NCBI GenBank assembly: GCA_015478665.1
Contig: JADMII010000012.1
Coordinates: forward strand, 13,202 to 77,201
Reading direction: 5' to 3'
DNA length: 64,000 bases
Source of the DNA: Dehalococcoidia bacterium
Lineage (GTDB): Bacteria > Chloroflexota > Dehalococcoidia > DSTF01 > JACRBR01
In this document: positions 1-11,379 of the stretch, in pieces
How positions within the stretch are numbered: position 1 is the first letter of the stretch
Layout: every line of letters begins with the position of its first letter
The notes under the pieces: model-generated
What the model saw: the letters and a program-made list of their open reading frames with translations, nothing else
The model's database searches: none
What the model was told of the DNA's origin: nothing
Made by a program: the position numbers and the translations under genes

Positions 1-43
1 GACGGGCGAGGGCGGTTCTGGCGGCGCCCGCCGGCGGCGCGCC

Positions 44-772
44 ATGACGCGCGTCAAGATCTGCGGCTGCATGCGCGCCGACGACGCCGTCGCGGCGGCG
101 GAGGCGGGCGCGGACTTCATCGGCATCCTCTTCGCCGAGAGCCGCCGCCGGGTCTCTCGCGAGGAGGCGGCGCAGATCGTCGTCGCCGTCGGCGCCCCCA
201 TGCGCGAGGTCGAGCAGGAGGCGCCGCCGGCCGCGCGCGCGGGAGGGGCGTCGAGCGTCGCGGAGTGGTTCACCTCGGGCGCGAGGGCGCTCGACCGGCT
301 GCTCGCGCGCAAGCGGCCGCTCGTCGTGGGCGTCTTCGAGGACCAGCCAATCGAGGAGGTGAACGAGATCGCCGACGATGTCGGCCTGGACCTCGTGCAG
401 CTGAGCGGCAACGAATCCTGGGACGACTGCCTGCTGGCGAACCGCCAGGCGATCAAGGTCATCCGCCCGCGCGCGGCCGCCTACGGCGACGAGCCGATGC
501 TGCTGATCGAGGGCGGTACCGCGATCGCCGTGATGCTCGACGGCAGCCGCGGCACCGGCGCCCACGCCGACCTGCGTACCGCCGAGGCGCTCGCCGCCCG
601 CTTGCCGCTCTGGCTCGCCGGCGGACTGACGCCCGCGAACGTCGGCGCAGCGATCGCGCTGGTGCGGCCGTGGTGCGTCGACCTCTCGACGGGCGTCGAG
701 ACCGACGGCGCGAAGGACCCGGCGAAGATCGCGGCATTCATGCGCGCGGTGCGCGACAGTGGCGGCGCCTAG
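44..772 (+). CDS. trpF: Phosphoribosylanthranilate isomerase (PRAI, TrpF-like)
   Basis: N-terminus MTRVKICGCMRADDAVAAAEAGADFIGILFAESRRRVS and later LDLVQLSGNESW match the PRAI fold signatures. An ATG lies at 44. Confidence 0.7.
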   Translation: MTRVKICGCMRADDAVAAAEAGADFIGILFAESRRRVSREEAAQIVVAVGAPMREVEQEAPPAARAGGASSVAEWFTSGARALDRLLARKRPLVVGVFEDQPIEEVNEIADDVGLDLVQLSGNESWDDCLLANRQAIKVIRPRAAAYGDEPMLLIEGGTAIAVMLDGSRGTGAHADLRTAEALAARLPLWLAGGLTPANVGAAIALVRPWCVDLSTGVETDGAKDPAKIAAFMRAVRDSGGA

Positions 773-929
773 CGGTTCCCCTTGAAGTGCGATCCGGATT
801 CAACGACGTCGTCGCCGGTGCGCGCCGCCGCCCCGGTGACCGCCGTCGTCAGCCGCATCTGCTGAAGGACTGCCTGCTCGCGTATCACGGCGCCGGCGGA
901 TCGATCAGCCTCTCGACCTGGCGCGCGCG

Positions 930-2849
930 TTACCCGGCGCCGTCCCGCAGCATCCGCGCCGTGGCGCGCAGGCGCGCGGTGCTGTCCGGCAGGCCGCCCG
1001 GCCGGTTGCGGGCAAGCCACAGCCGCTCGTACTCCGGGATCGCCGCATCGACGCGCTCCGCCGCGCGACGCAGCCCTGCGCGCACCGTGGCCCGCGAGCC
1101 GCCGTTCGCGCGCGCATACTTCGCCGCGCCGATCATCGCTCCGGCAGCGGCCAGCCCGGCGCCGCAGCGCAGCTCTTCGACGACGAGTTCAGCGTCGTCG
1201 CGCCGCATCGCCGCCGGGTCGAGGCGCGCCGCGAGCGCATGCAGCGCTTCCTCCGTGTCCTCGAAGCCGCCGGCGCGGACGCGATGCATCGGCCAGTCGT
1301 TCTCCAGAGGCAGGAAGTACATCTGGTGGAGCAGCGTCCCGTTGCGCGACTTCGCGCCGTTGATCTGGTACGCGTTGCCAAGGTCGAAGGCGACGCGGCC
1401 GCTGACGCCGCTCGGGTCGTCGAACGCATGCAGGCTCAGCGCGCCGGCGATGTCGATGTCCGCGCTCGCCTGTGTCGACCAGCCGAGGGCGGCGCCGTAC
1501 AGGTATCCGAGCCAGGGGACAGGGGTGCTTTGCATGTGTCCGTTGTCACCCCACTCCGTATTCAGCAGGCCGGCTGCCCGGTACCGAAGGCCGTTGACCG
1601 CGGCGCTGCGCATGTTGGCGACGGCGTTCCCGCTGCGGCCGATGAACGAGTTCCAGCCGCCGGCGCCCGGGCAGACGGAGAATGACAGCCCCGCCTTCGC
1701 GAACGCCTTGCCATCGACGTCGAACGGGTGGTCGTGCTCGTAGCCCCACTCGAGCACCGTGGCATCGCGCGGGATCTCGTGAATCAGCTCCGGGTGTTGC
1801 GTGACGATGTCGCCCCAGAACTGCATGGTGCGGCCGTACTTCTCGCACAGCGCGTGGATCTTCAGCAGAAAGTCCAGGTACACGCGGCCCGCACCTCGCG
1901 CCGCGACGGCTGCGCGGCTCTTGCCGAGGCCGAGGTCGAACGTCTCGTCGCAGCCGACGTTGAAGCGCCTGCTGCGGAAGTGCGGCAGCAGCTCCGCGTA
2001 CAGGCCGTCGATCAGCTCGAGCGAGCCCGGGTTCGCCGGGTCGAGCGTGAAGGGCGGCAGGCGCCCCCAGGGCAGGCGCGCGCCGCGCGGTGAGTCTGCC
2101 AGCGCGTTGTACCGCTTCTTCTCCAGCCAGCGCACCATGTGCCCGAAGCTGTTCTGATTCGGCACCAACTCGACGTGCCGCTCGGCGCAGTAGGCATCGA
2201 GCGCCAGGATCTCCTCGCCGGTGTACGGCGACGCGTCCTTCCAGACGCCGCGGTGACGCTCGTACGCGAACGTGTGCTCGATGTACAGCTGGAACTCGTT
2301 GACCTTCAACCCGGCGAGCATGTCGACGAGCGCGTACGTCGAAGCCATCGTCGGCACCTTGTCGCGGCTGACGTCGAGCATGACGCCGCGATGCGCGAAG
2401 TCCGGCCAGTCTTCGATGTGCAGCCGCGGCAGCCGCTTGCCAAACTGGCGGACCAGCTGTATCAGCGTCTGGAATGCGTAGAACATACCGGCAGCGTCGT
2501 GCGCCACGATCGCCATCCGCTCGTCACCGATGGTGAGGTGGTAACTTTCGCGCTTCGGTGAGGCTTTCGCGTCGATGACGGCGACCACGCCCTCGTGGTC
2601 CGGGATGCCGGAGGCGGCACGCACCTCCCATACGACGCCGGCATAGCGTTCGAGCGCCGACTGCAGGCCGTGCGCGCCTCGCCGCCCGTGCGCGACCGCC
2701 TCCGGCGCGAGGATGATCGTGCGCCGGCGGGCGAGCGAGAGCCAGCCGCCGCGCGGTTGGATGCGCTGCGGGACCGGCGCCAGAAGCAACTGCGTGCGCG
2801 GTGGCATGGCGCGATGATCGTACGCGGCGGCGGCGACGAGAGGAAGCAA
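930..2849 (-). CDS. Glycoside hydrolase family 20 beta-N-acetylhexosaminidase-like protein
   Basis: Contains RGVMLDVSRDKVP (GH20 RG-x-MLD-x-SR motif) and NVGCDET (catalytic H/N-x-G-x-D-E motif). A start at M15 (2806) is also possible. Confidence 0.6.
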   Translation of the reverse strand: MLPLVAAAAYDHRAMPPRTQLLLAPVPQRIQPRGGWLSLARRRTIILAPEAVAHGRRGAHGLQSALERYAGVVWEVRAASGIPDHEGVVAVIDAKASPKRESYHLTIGDERMAIVAHDAAGMFYAFQTLIQLVRQFGKRLPRLHIEDWPDFAHRGVMLDVSRDKVPTMASTYALVDMLAGLKVNEFQLYIEHTFAYERHRGVWKDASPYTGEEILALDAYCAERHVELVPNQNSFGHMVRWLEKKRYNALADSPRGARLPWGRLPPFTLDPANPGSLELIDGLYAELLPHFRSRRFNVGCDETFDLGLGKSRAAVAARGAGRVYLDFLLKIHALCEKYGRTMQFWGDIVTQHPELIHEIPRDATVLEWGYEHDHPFDVDGKAFAKAGLSFSVCPGAGGWNSFIGRSGNAVANMRSAAVNGLRYRAAGLLNTEWGDNGHMQSTPVPWLGYLYGAALGWSTQASADIDIAGALSLHAFDDPSGVSGRVAFDLGNAYQINGAKSRNGTLLHQMYFLPLENDWPMHRVRAGGFEDTEEALHALAARLDPAAMRRDDAELVVEELRCGAGLAAAGAMIGAAKYARANGGSRATVRAGLRRAAERVDAAIPEYERLWLARNRPGGLPDSTARLRATARMLRDGAG

Positions 2850-2971
2850 GGCTGCTGCCCGGCGACGGGCGCGCCGCCGCGAGCGCGATTCACCCGCTGG
2901 CGCCGCGGCGTCCCGCGATGGTGCCGTATGCTGTACGCGGGAGCGATCCTGCGAGCGAAGGAGGTGGTCTC

Positions 2972-4036
2972 GTGCGACTGGGCGTGCTCACCGGCGGCGG
3001 CGACTGCCCCGGGCTCAACGCGGCGATCCGCGCCATCGCGCATCGCGCGTGGATGTTCGGCGATCAACTGTATGGCTTCCGCGAGGGCTGGGCGGGCCTG
3101 CTCGGCGACGGCAACGCCTCGCTCCTCGGCCAGGAGGAGATCGCCGGCATCCTCCACCTCGGCGGCACGATCCTCGGTTCGTCGCGCACGAACCCGGCGC
3201 GCAGCGAATCGGAGATGCGCCAGGTCGAAGAGAACCTGCGCCGGCGCGACATCGACGGCCTCGTGACGATCGGCGGCGATGACACGCTGAGCGTCTCCGC
3301 GCGCCTGTCCGCGCGCGGGTTCGCCGTCGTCGGCGTGCCGAAGACGATCGACAACGACGTCCCGCACACGGACTACTGCATCGGCTTCGACACGGCGACC
3401 GACATCGTCGGCGAGGCGCTCGACCGCCTGCACACGACCGCGGAGTCGCACCGCCGCGTCATGGTGGTCGAGGTGATGGGCCGCGATGCCGGCTGGCTGG
3501 CGATGGTCGGCGGCGTCGGCGGCGGCGCCGACCTGATCATCATCCCCGAGGAGCGCTCGACGCTCGACGGCGTCGTGCACCACGTGCAGCATCGCATGGA
3601 GTCGCGCCAGTTCAGCATCGTCGTCGTCGCAGAGGGCGCGCAGGTCGAAGGGATCGAGTCGACGACATCGAGCTCGGTCGACCAGTTCGGGCACGCCCTG
3701 CTGGCGACGCGCGGCATCGGCACGCGGCTGGCGGAGGCGATCGAATCGCGCCTGGGCGTCGAGGCCCGGGTGACGGTGCTGGGACACGTGCAGCGCGGCG
3801 GCTCGCCTTCGATGTTCGACCGCGTGCTGGCGACGCGCATGGGCGCGACGGCCGTCGACTACCTGCACGAGGGCCGCGTCGGCGTGATGACGGCGATCCA
3901 GGGCCTCGAGATCGTGCCCGTGGCGTTCGCCGACGTCACCGGGCACAACCGCACCGTCGACCGGCGCTTCTTCCGGCTCGTCGAGCAGTTCAACACGGTC
4001 GAAGAGAGCGCCGCCTCGCACTCGCACCACACGTAG
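2972..4036 (+). CDS. pfp: 6-phosphofructokinase, predicted pyrophosphate-dependent (PfkA family)
   Basis: Carries GVLTGGGDCPGLNAAIRA, IGGDDTLSVS and VGVPKTIDNDV. The Asp in GGDD and the Lys in PKTIDND are the residues that distinguish PPi- from ATP-PFKs. A GTG start at 2972 sits behind GAAGGAGG, and the upstream part of the track ORF is Arg-rich junk. Confidence 0.8.
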   Translation: MRLGVLTGGGDCPGLNAAIRAIAHRAWMFGDQLYGFREGWAGLLGDGNASLLGQEEIAGILHLGGTILGSSRTNPARSESEMRQVEENLRRRDIDGLVTIGGDDTLSVSARLSARGFAVVGVPKTIDNDVPHTDYCIGFDTATDIVGEALDRLHTTAESHRRVMVVEVMGRDAGWLAMVGGVGGGADLIIIPEERSTLDGVVHHVQHRMESRQFSIVVVAEGAQVEGIESTTSSSVDQFGHALLATRGIGTRLAEAIESRLGVEARVTVLGHVQRGGSPSMFDRVLATRMGATAVDYLHEGRVGVMTAIQGLEIVPVAFADVTGHNRTVDRRFFRLVEQFNTVEESAASHSHHT

Positions 4037-4238
4037 CGGCGACGCAGTCTCGCCCGCTGCCGTTGCCGCGCACCCCGGACGTCGTCGCCGCGCGCCGGCA
4101 GCGCGAACAGGCAGGTGCGTGCCGTAACCGAGACGCGTGCGGCGGTCCCCTTAGGTGCGATTTCGCCGCACCAACCGTTCTTGCCTGATACACATCATCG
4201 AGCTCCTGCGCACACACTCCCCCCACAGGAGCGAGCAG

Positions 4239-5027
4239 ATGACCACGACATCGCGCACCCTCGTCGCGCAGATCGCGCTCAGCGCCGCCTTCGGTACCGC
4301 GCTGGCATGGAAGACCGCCCGCGCGCGCCGCACCGGCATGATCGCTGCCGGACGCGGCGCCAGCGCCACGGCCGAGGCGCCGGCGCCACTTGCCCGCACC
4401 GGCCTCAGGACCGCACCCGTCGCGTCGCCCGGCATCCAGGGGCGGAGCCTACCCGTGCGCACGGCCCACAAGGCCGGGCGGCGCCTACGAAGCACGTTCG
4501 CGCGACTGCCGGAGCCGGCGCGGCTCGCCATCGTCATCGTCGCCGCGGCGGTGATCCCGATCGTCGCCGGCATCGCCTACGCCGCAACCCGCGCAGACGG
4601 CACGCAGGCGCAGCGCAGCGGTCCGGCGGTCGTCGCGCCGGCAGCGACCGCGCCGGCGATTTCCATCGCCACGCCGACGCTCGCGGAACAGCTGCTCGAT
4701 GCACGGCGTGCGCTGGACCTCAGGGCTGCGCTCGCCGCCGCCGACGCCTACGCCACGCTCTTCGGCGCCTACCCGTCCACGGAGGGCCGACCGGCGACGC
4801 TCTGCGCAAACCCGGGCGACGCTGGCTGCGCGATCGTCCAGCATGCGACGGCGCTGTCTGTTTCCGACGGTCAGTTCCCGTACTGGTACGCCTCCGACGG
4901 CCGCTCGGTGACCGTGCTTGCGCGTGTGGCGTCGTCGCCGGCGTCGCGCGAGTGTCCGGCCGACCTGCCATCGGCGCTGGCCGGCGTGCCGGTGCTCTGC
5001 CTGCGGTCGGCCGTTGGCGGCCGCTGA
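4239..5027 (+). CDS. Hypothetical membrane-anchored or secreted protein
   Basis: The ATG at 4239 follows CAGGAGCGAG. A hydrophobic stretch LAIVIVAAAVIPIVAGIAYAA is present. No recognisable domain. Confidence 0.35.
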   Translation: MTTTSRTLVAQIALSAAFGTALAWKTARARRTGMIAAGRGASATAEAPAPLARTGLRTAPVASPGIQGRSLPVRTAHKAGRRLRSTFARLPEPARLAIVIVAAAVIPIVAGIAYAATRADGTQAQRSGPAVVAPAATAPAISIATPTLAEQLLDARRALDLRAALAAADAYATLFGAYPSTEGRPATLCANPGDAGCAIVQHATALSVSDGQFPYWYASDGRSVTVLARVASSPASRECPADLPSALAGVPVLCLRSAVGGR

Positions 5028-5139
5028 GCCGGCTGGCCGGTGGGCGACCTTCGGGCTGGCCCAGCCCGAATCCTGCAGCGCGCGAGGGCCATGGACCCGC
5101 TCGTGCGGGACGGGGCCGGCGGCCTGGCGCCGCTGCCGA

Positions 5140-5931
5140 TCACGCGCCAGGAGCGGCCACGTCTGCGCCTCCAACTGCGCCGGTGACCCAGCCCACCACC
5201 TGCGGCACGAGCGTCTCCAGCATGCGTCGGCTCAGCACCAGCCCCCAGTGCGAGGCCCCATCCACGCTGAGGTGCTCGGTCGACAGCTGCAGGCCATCGT
5301 AGCGGCGCCGCGGCCGCTGCGCGTCGGCCGTGCTCGTGACGATGAGCAGCGGGCAGGGAAGCGACGCGACGACGACGCCGGCCGCGCGCTCGTCGCGGGC
5401 ATAGCGCGATTCGCGGCACAGCGCCGCGAGCGCGGCCCGCCGCTCTTCGCCGTCGAGATCGTGCATCGCTGGCTGGTCATCCGGGTCCCGGCTGCCGATG
5501 CCGTACTCCTCCGGCCCGAACTCACCGGCGCGCAGCGGCAGCGACGGGTTTCGGGCGACGGCCGGCATGCTTGGCGCGAGGCCGACGCAGGCGACGGCGC
5601 CGCCGGCGGCCGCCGCCATCATCGACGCGAGCCCGCCCATGCTCCATCCGACGAGCACGACGGGGCGCGCGAGCGAACGCATCGCCTCGCGCACGTCGTC
5701 GGCGTAGTCCTGCATCGACGTGCGGGCGAGGTCGGCCGGCGGGCCGCCCGGGTGGCCCCGCAGCGCGACCGCGCGCGAGGTGACACGGCGTTCCGCGAGC
5801 GCGCGCTGCCAGTACGCCCAGACGGCGGCGGAGTTCGCGGCGCCGTGCACGAGCAGGAACGGCGGCAGGGCGGCGCTGTCAGGAGGACTGCCGGGATCGG
5901 TCTCGGTCGGCATGGTCAGCGGATGATGCAT
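5140..5931 (-). CDS. Alpha/beta-fold hydrolase
   Basis: Carries LLVHGAANSAAVW and the nucleophile elbow VGWSMGG. Confidence 0.7.
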   Translation of the reverse strand: MHHPLTMPTETDPGSPPDSAALPPFLLVHGAANSAAVWAYWQRALAERRVTSRAVALRGHPGGPPADLARTSMQDYADDVREAMRSLARPVVLVGWSMGGLASMMAAAAGGAVACVGLAPSMPAVARNPSLPLRAGEFGPEEYGIGSRDPDDQPAMHDLDGEERRAALAALCRESRYARDERAAGVVVASLPCPLLIVTSTADAQRPRRRYDGLQLSTEHLSVDGASHWGLVLSRRMLETLVPQVVGWVTGAVGGADVAAPGA

Positions 5932-6098
5932 TGAGTCAAGGCCGGCGCCGGGGCGCCGCGCGCTCGTCGTGCACGCCCGCGTAGCAGCTGTGCCGGCGAC
6001 GCGTGCGCATCGTTGTTGGCGCCCGCCGGGGTCGCGGCCCGCATGAGCCGGCGATGCGAGCGGGCTCGACGGTCAGCAGGGCAGCACTACCACCGCAG

Positions 6099-7271
<1,173 letters not shown>

Positions 7272-7402
7272 CGGGCTCTCGATCCCTCATGATATCAAAA
7301 CGCGAGCGGCGAAGACTCGGCAATTCGGGCCCTGCAGGAAATCCGGCGGCCGCATAGCGGCGTACTCACAGTGTCGACCGGAATCACGACGATGGAGGAC
7401 AC

Positions 7403-7996
7403 GTGAACGCACAGACGGCGCGCCGCCGGGCGCGGACGACGATCATCGGAGCGGCCGGGTTGGCCTTGCTGGCGGTCGCCGTCGCGGCCTGCGGCGGCGG
7501 CACGGGCAGCGGCGGCAAGACCGCGACGGCAGCCGCCCGTCAGCCGGCGGGGCAGAGCACGACTGCGCCGGCCACGACGGCCACTCCCCAGGCGAGCGAG
7601 ACCGCATCGGGCGATACCGCGGGCCAGGCGGAGACGATCACGGCGAAGCCGGTGCCGGCGAGCGGGCTCAAGGGCGTCGACGGCGCATCGCTGACGCAGT
7701 ACCTCACGGACGAGGACGGCAACACGCTCTACCTGTTCAAGAACGACGTCGCGAACAGCGGCAAGAGCGCAGTGCCCGCGACGATCGCGGCCAGCTGGCC
7801 GCCGGTAACGACGACGGGAGCGCCGGTCGCCGGCAGCGGCATCACCGCGTCGGCGCTGGGCACGTTCACGGGGCCGGACGGCAAGACCTGGGTGACGTAC
7901 AACGGCCGCCCGCTGTACTACTTCGCCGGCGACACGGCGCCGGGCGACACGAAAGGCGACGGCCTCGGCGGCATCTGGTTCGCGGTGGCGCCGTAG
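7403..7996 (+). CDS. Secreted lipoprotein, COG4315 / Yx(FWY)xxD-repeat family
   Basis: Signal peptide with lipobox [11 protein letters not shown]. Two YxFxxD-type repeats are present ([12 protein letters not shown] and [12 protein letters not shown]). Confidence 0.6.
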   Translation: MNAQTARRRARTTIIGAAGLALLAVAVAACGGGTGSGGKTATAAARQPAGQSTTAPATTATPQASETASGDTAGQAETITAKPVPASGLKGVDGASLTQYLTDEDGNTLYLFKNDVANSGKSAVPATIAASWPPVTTTGAPVAGSGITASALGTFTGPDGKTWVTYNGRPLYYFAGDTAPGDTKGDGLGGIWFAVAP

Positions 7997-8053
7997 GTCA
8001 GCCGGCAGGCGCGAAGATGGACGGCCGGCGGCGGCGGTCCGCCTGCGCGCGCC

Positions 8054-9543
8054 TCAGTCCGGCGTGAAGACGTTCGTCTCGACGGCGCCCGCCGATCGCA
8101 CGTGGCCGTGCGCGCCGACGACCTCGGCCGCCGTCATCGCCTCGAGCAACGGACGCTCGGCCGGCGTATTGGCGATGAAGCGCCGGCCGTCGCGCAGGCG
8201 GCCGATGATGATCCCGCGCTCGGGCGCGCCATCGCGGTCGAAGAGCACCGTGTACGTTTCGACGGTAGCGTCGCCGTCCGGCGCCGCGGCGAACGATGGG
8301 TGCGGCTCGGCATCGACGGCGGCCTGGTCGACGGCCGGGTCCGCGCGTACGAACGGCCGGTCCGGCCGTCGCGTCGAGTAGACGCCGAAGGAGTGCTTCG
8401 TGACGTACCAGCCGTTGCCTGAGACGACGCCGATGTCGTCGCGGGCGTCGCGCAGCCTGCGCACCATCGCGGCGATGCTGTGGGTGACGTAGTCGTTCCC
8501 GGGGCCGCCGAAGTACGGCAGTCCGCCGGTGACCGTGAGCACGCGCGGATCATCCTGCGCGATGCCGAGCGCGTCGCGGCCGATCTGGACGGCCGACGGA
8601 AAGCAGCTGTAGAGGTCGATCTGCCCGACGTCATCGATGGTGATGCCGGCGCTCTCCAACGCCCGCCTGCCGGCGGCGCGGATCGCCGGTGAGCTGTGGT
8701 AGTCGACGCGCTCGGTGATGAACCAGTGATCCGTCGCCTCGCCGCAGCCCCAGAGGTAGACCCAGCGGTCTTCGGGCACGCCCAGCCGGCGGGCGGCGGC
8801 GACGCTCATCAGCAGCAGCGCCGCGCCCTGGTCGACGTCCATGATCGCGTTCATGTACTTCGGGTAGGGGAAGCCGATGTAGCGGTTGGTGGCATCGACC
8901 GTCGTGATCTCGTCGGCGGTTTTCGCTTCCGGGAACCAGGCGTACGGGTTCGCCGCGGCGACAGCCGAAAATGAAGCGCAGAGCTCGCCGAGCGCCGCGC
9001 GATGTTCATCGAGCGTGCGGCCGTAGTGCGCGCGCAGCGCGTTCTCGAACAGCGGGTAGATGTGCGTCGGGATCGAGGCGCCGTGCGCGCGTTCGATGTC
9101 GTTCGTGCCGTTGCGCGCGTCGCCCGCCTGCGGCACGGGCGTCCCGCGCGGCGACCAGCCGAGGTCGAGCGGCTGCTTCCGGGCGCGACGCAGCGAATAC
9201 ATGCAGTCGGCGCCGGCGATCAGCGTGATCTCAGAGCCGCCGAGCGCGATCTGCTCCCCCGCCTCGTTCACCTGCCACTGCGGCGTGTTCCCCCCGACGT
9301 GAGTGTAGACGGTGGTGCGCGGGGCCACGGCGAGCGCGCGCGAGAGGTCGGCCGGAGGATCCTTCGACGGCCAGGAGAGCACGTTGATCACACGCAACGC
9401 GTCGACGCTCTGCAGCAGCTCGGCGACGCCGGCGTCGGCCTCGGCCGCGCGCGATGCTTCGGCCATCAGCGCCAGCGGCTCGCGCGGGCGCTCGGCGCCC
9501 GGTCGCTGCGTCACCTGCCCGACGCCGACGATGATCGGCTGCC
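8054..9543 (-). CDS. Thiolase-like (SCP-x type) protein fused to a C-terminal DUF35/OB-fold domain
   Basis: QPIIVGVGQVTQR N-terminus, thiolase-like core (LYSCFP, GGLPYFGGPGN) and a C-terminal OB-fold-like tail. The track ORF start at 9793 is spurious because it reads through the tRNA-Glu on the other strand. A GTG at 9543 is proposed as the start. Confidence 0.5.
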
Positions 9544-9715
9544 TCTCGTCCACGTGGATATTGTGCCCGTCGTCCGGCCTTCGACCAAGCAGCGCGGCGC
9601 TGCGAAACGCGCGCAGGCATCGGCGCGGCCGCTGGCTGCCTGGCGGTGCACAGCACGACCGCCGGCCGTCGAGGCGGCCGTCGGCCCGCCAGACAGCCGG
9701 TATACTGCGCGGCGG

Positions 9716-9792
9716 GGCGCCATCGTCTAGAGGCCCAGGACGCCGCCCTTTCAAGGCGGAGATCGCGGGTTCGAATCCCGCTGGCGCTACCA
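9716..9792 (+). tRNA. tRNA-Glu (anticodon TTC), with encoded CCA
   Basis: GGCGCCATCGTCTAGAGGCCCAGGACGCCGCCCTTTCAAGGCGGAGATCGCGGGTTCGAATCCCGCTGGCGCTACCA. The acceptor stem GGCGCCA/TGGCGCT pairs. D-loop GTCTAGAGG, anticodon loop CTTTCAA, T-loop GGTTCGAATCC. Confidence 0.9.
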
Positions 9793-9921
9793 ACTCACCA
9801 GCTCGCGGCGGGAGTGCGATCGCCGTCTGCGCCCGGCGCTGCTGCCCTGGTTCAACTTCGCCGTGCGATCAGGAGACGACGCAGGCGAACCCGCGGGCAG
9901 CGCTGCCGGTACACTGCGCCG

Positions 9922-10278
9922 ATGTCCGACCACACCCTGCATCTGGTGCCGGCGGCCTACTTCCGCGACGGCGACCGGTCCGCGCCCTACGTGCCGGAGC
10001 GCTTCGATGATGACGGCTTCATCCACTGCACGGACGGCGCCGACGAGCTGGCCGCCACGGCCAGCCGCCGCTATCGCGACGACCGGCGCATGTACGTGGC
10101 GCTCGTCATCGACAAGCGCCGTGTGCGGGCGTCGATCCGCTACGAGGATGAGCGGCGCATCTACCCGCACATCCATGGCCCGCTCAACCGCGACGCGATC
10201 GTCGCGGTGATACCGGTGCTGCGGGCGGCGGACGGCGCATTCCTGGCGCCGGTGCTGGACCACACCGCGGATGGGTAA
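9922..10278 (+). CDS. DUF952 family protein
   Basis: HLVPAAYF...DGFIHCTDG...YVALVID...YPHIHGPLNRDAIVAV matches the DUF952 consensus. Confidence 0.65.
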   Translation: MSDHTLHLVPAAYFRDGDRSAPYVPERFDDDGFIHCTDGADELAATASRRYRDDRRMYVALVIDKRRVRASIRYEDERRIYPHIHGPLNRDAIVAVIPVLRAADGAFLAPVLDHTADG

Positions 10279-10669
10279 CTCCGACGCGGACGCGCCGCGC
10301 CCTGCATGGTTATGTCACGTCGAAACTGATCAGCTGCACATACCAACCAGCAGTAAATCCGTGGCGATCCGGAGCGGCTGTGGTATCATCGCGCTGTGAG
10401 GACGAAGGCGGTTGGATTCCTTGTACGACGCGGCGACCGACCAGGGCGGGCACAGAGGCCCGCCCCTGGCGTGTTGTCGCGGTCGCGCCGGCTCAGCATG
10501 CCGGCAGCGCCCGCCGGCGACGCCGGTCCCTCGACGCGCACGCATCCCGCTCCCGGGTACCGGCGCCCGGCGCCCGCCAGCGGGATGACGGCGCGGCCAT
10601 CGCTGCGGGCTCCATTTGCGGTCACCAACAGCCGCGCGGGCGGCGATGCGTTTGGACGAAGGACGTAGC

Positions 10670-11371
10670 ATGGAAGCGGCGGACCCGCGTCGGGGGCTCG
10701 CGGTCATCGCGAAGCAGGTGGCAGGCTGCCACGACTGCCCGCTCTACAAGGGCGCGACGAATCCGGTGCCGGGCGAGGGCAGCGCGACGGCCGAGATCAT
10801 GTTCGTCGGCGAGGGCCCCGGGTTCTACGAGGACAAGCAGGGGCGGCCCTTCGTCGGCGCTTCCGGGAAGTTCCTCGACGAGCTCCTTGCGTCGATCCGG
10901 CTCGACCGCAAGAGCGTCTTCATCACCAACGTCGTGAAGCACCGGCCGCCCAACAACCGCGACCCGCAGCCGGACGAGATCGCCGCCTGCAAGCAGTACC
11001 TCGACGCGCAGATCGAGCTCGTCGCGCCGGCCGTGGTCGTCACGCTCGGCCGCCACTCGATGCAGCGCTACTTCCCCGGCGAGGCGATCGGCCGCGTCCA
11101 CGGACAGCCCCGGCGCAAGGACGACCTCATCGTCGTGCCGATGTACCACCCGGCCGCGGCGCTGCACCAGCAGACGCTGCGCCAGGTGATCGAAGCGGAC
11201 TTCGCCAGGCTGCCGGACTTCCTGGCGAAGCTGCGCGGCGAGCCGGCCGCACGCACGGAGGTGCCGCCGCAGCTCCGCCGCGAGGCCGCAGCGGCGGCGC
11301 CCGATGCCGGCAGCGGCACAGCCGCAGCGACGGCGGCAGAGTCGGACGCACAGCAGATGCGTCTGCTGTGA
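10670..11371 (+). CDS. Uracil-DNA glycosylase, family 4 type
   Basis: GCHDCPLYKGATNPVPGEG, MFVGEGPG, GRPFVGASGKFLDELL and VVKHRPP are present. The ATG at 10670 follows GGACGAAGGACG. Confidence 0.8.
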   Translation: MEAADPRRGLAVIAKQVAGCHDCPLYKGATNPVPGEGSATAEIMFVGEGPGFYEDKQGRPFVGASGKFLDELLASIRLDRKSVFITNVVKHRPPNNRDPQPDEIAACKQYLDAQIELVAPAVVVTLGRHSMQRYFPGEAIGRVHGQPRRKDDLIVVPMYHPAAALHQQTLRQVIEADFARLPDFLAKLRGEPAARTEVPPQLRREAAAAAPDAGSGTAAATAAESDAQQMRLL

Positions 11372-11379
11372 AGGAGCAC

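Noticed and set aside
265-1743. 492-aa plus-strand ORF overlapping trpF and the GH20 gene
   Set aside because: It is an Arg/Ala-rich low-complexity translation typical of antisense or out-of-frame shadow ORFs in ~70% GC DNA, and it overlaps two well-supported genes.
2462-4030. 522-aa minus-strand ORF opposite the phosphofructokinase gene
   Set aside because: Antisense shadow of the PFK gene with a low-complexity R/A/D-rich translation.
9646-10278. Longer 210-aa version of the DUF952 ORF starting at 9646
   Set aside because: The extension reads across the tRNA-Glu sequence. The DUF952 homology begins at MSDHTLHLV (9922).
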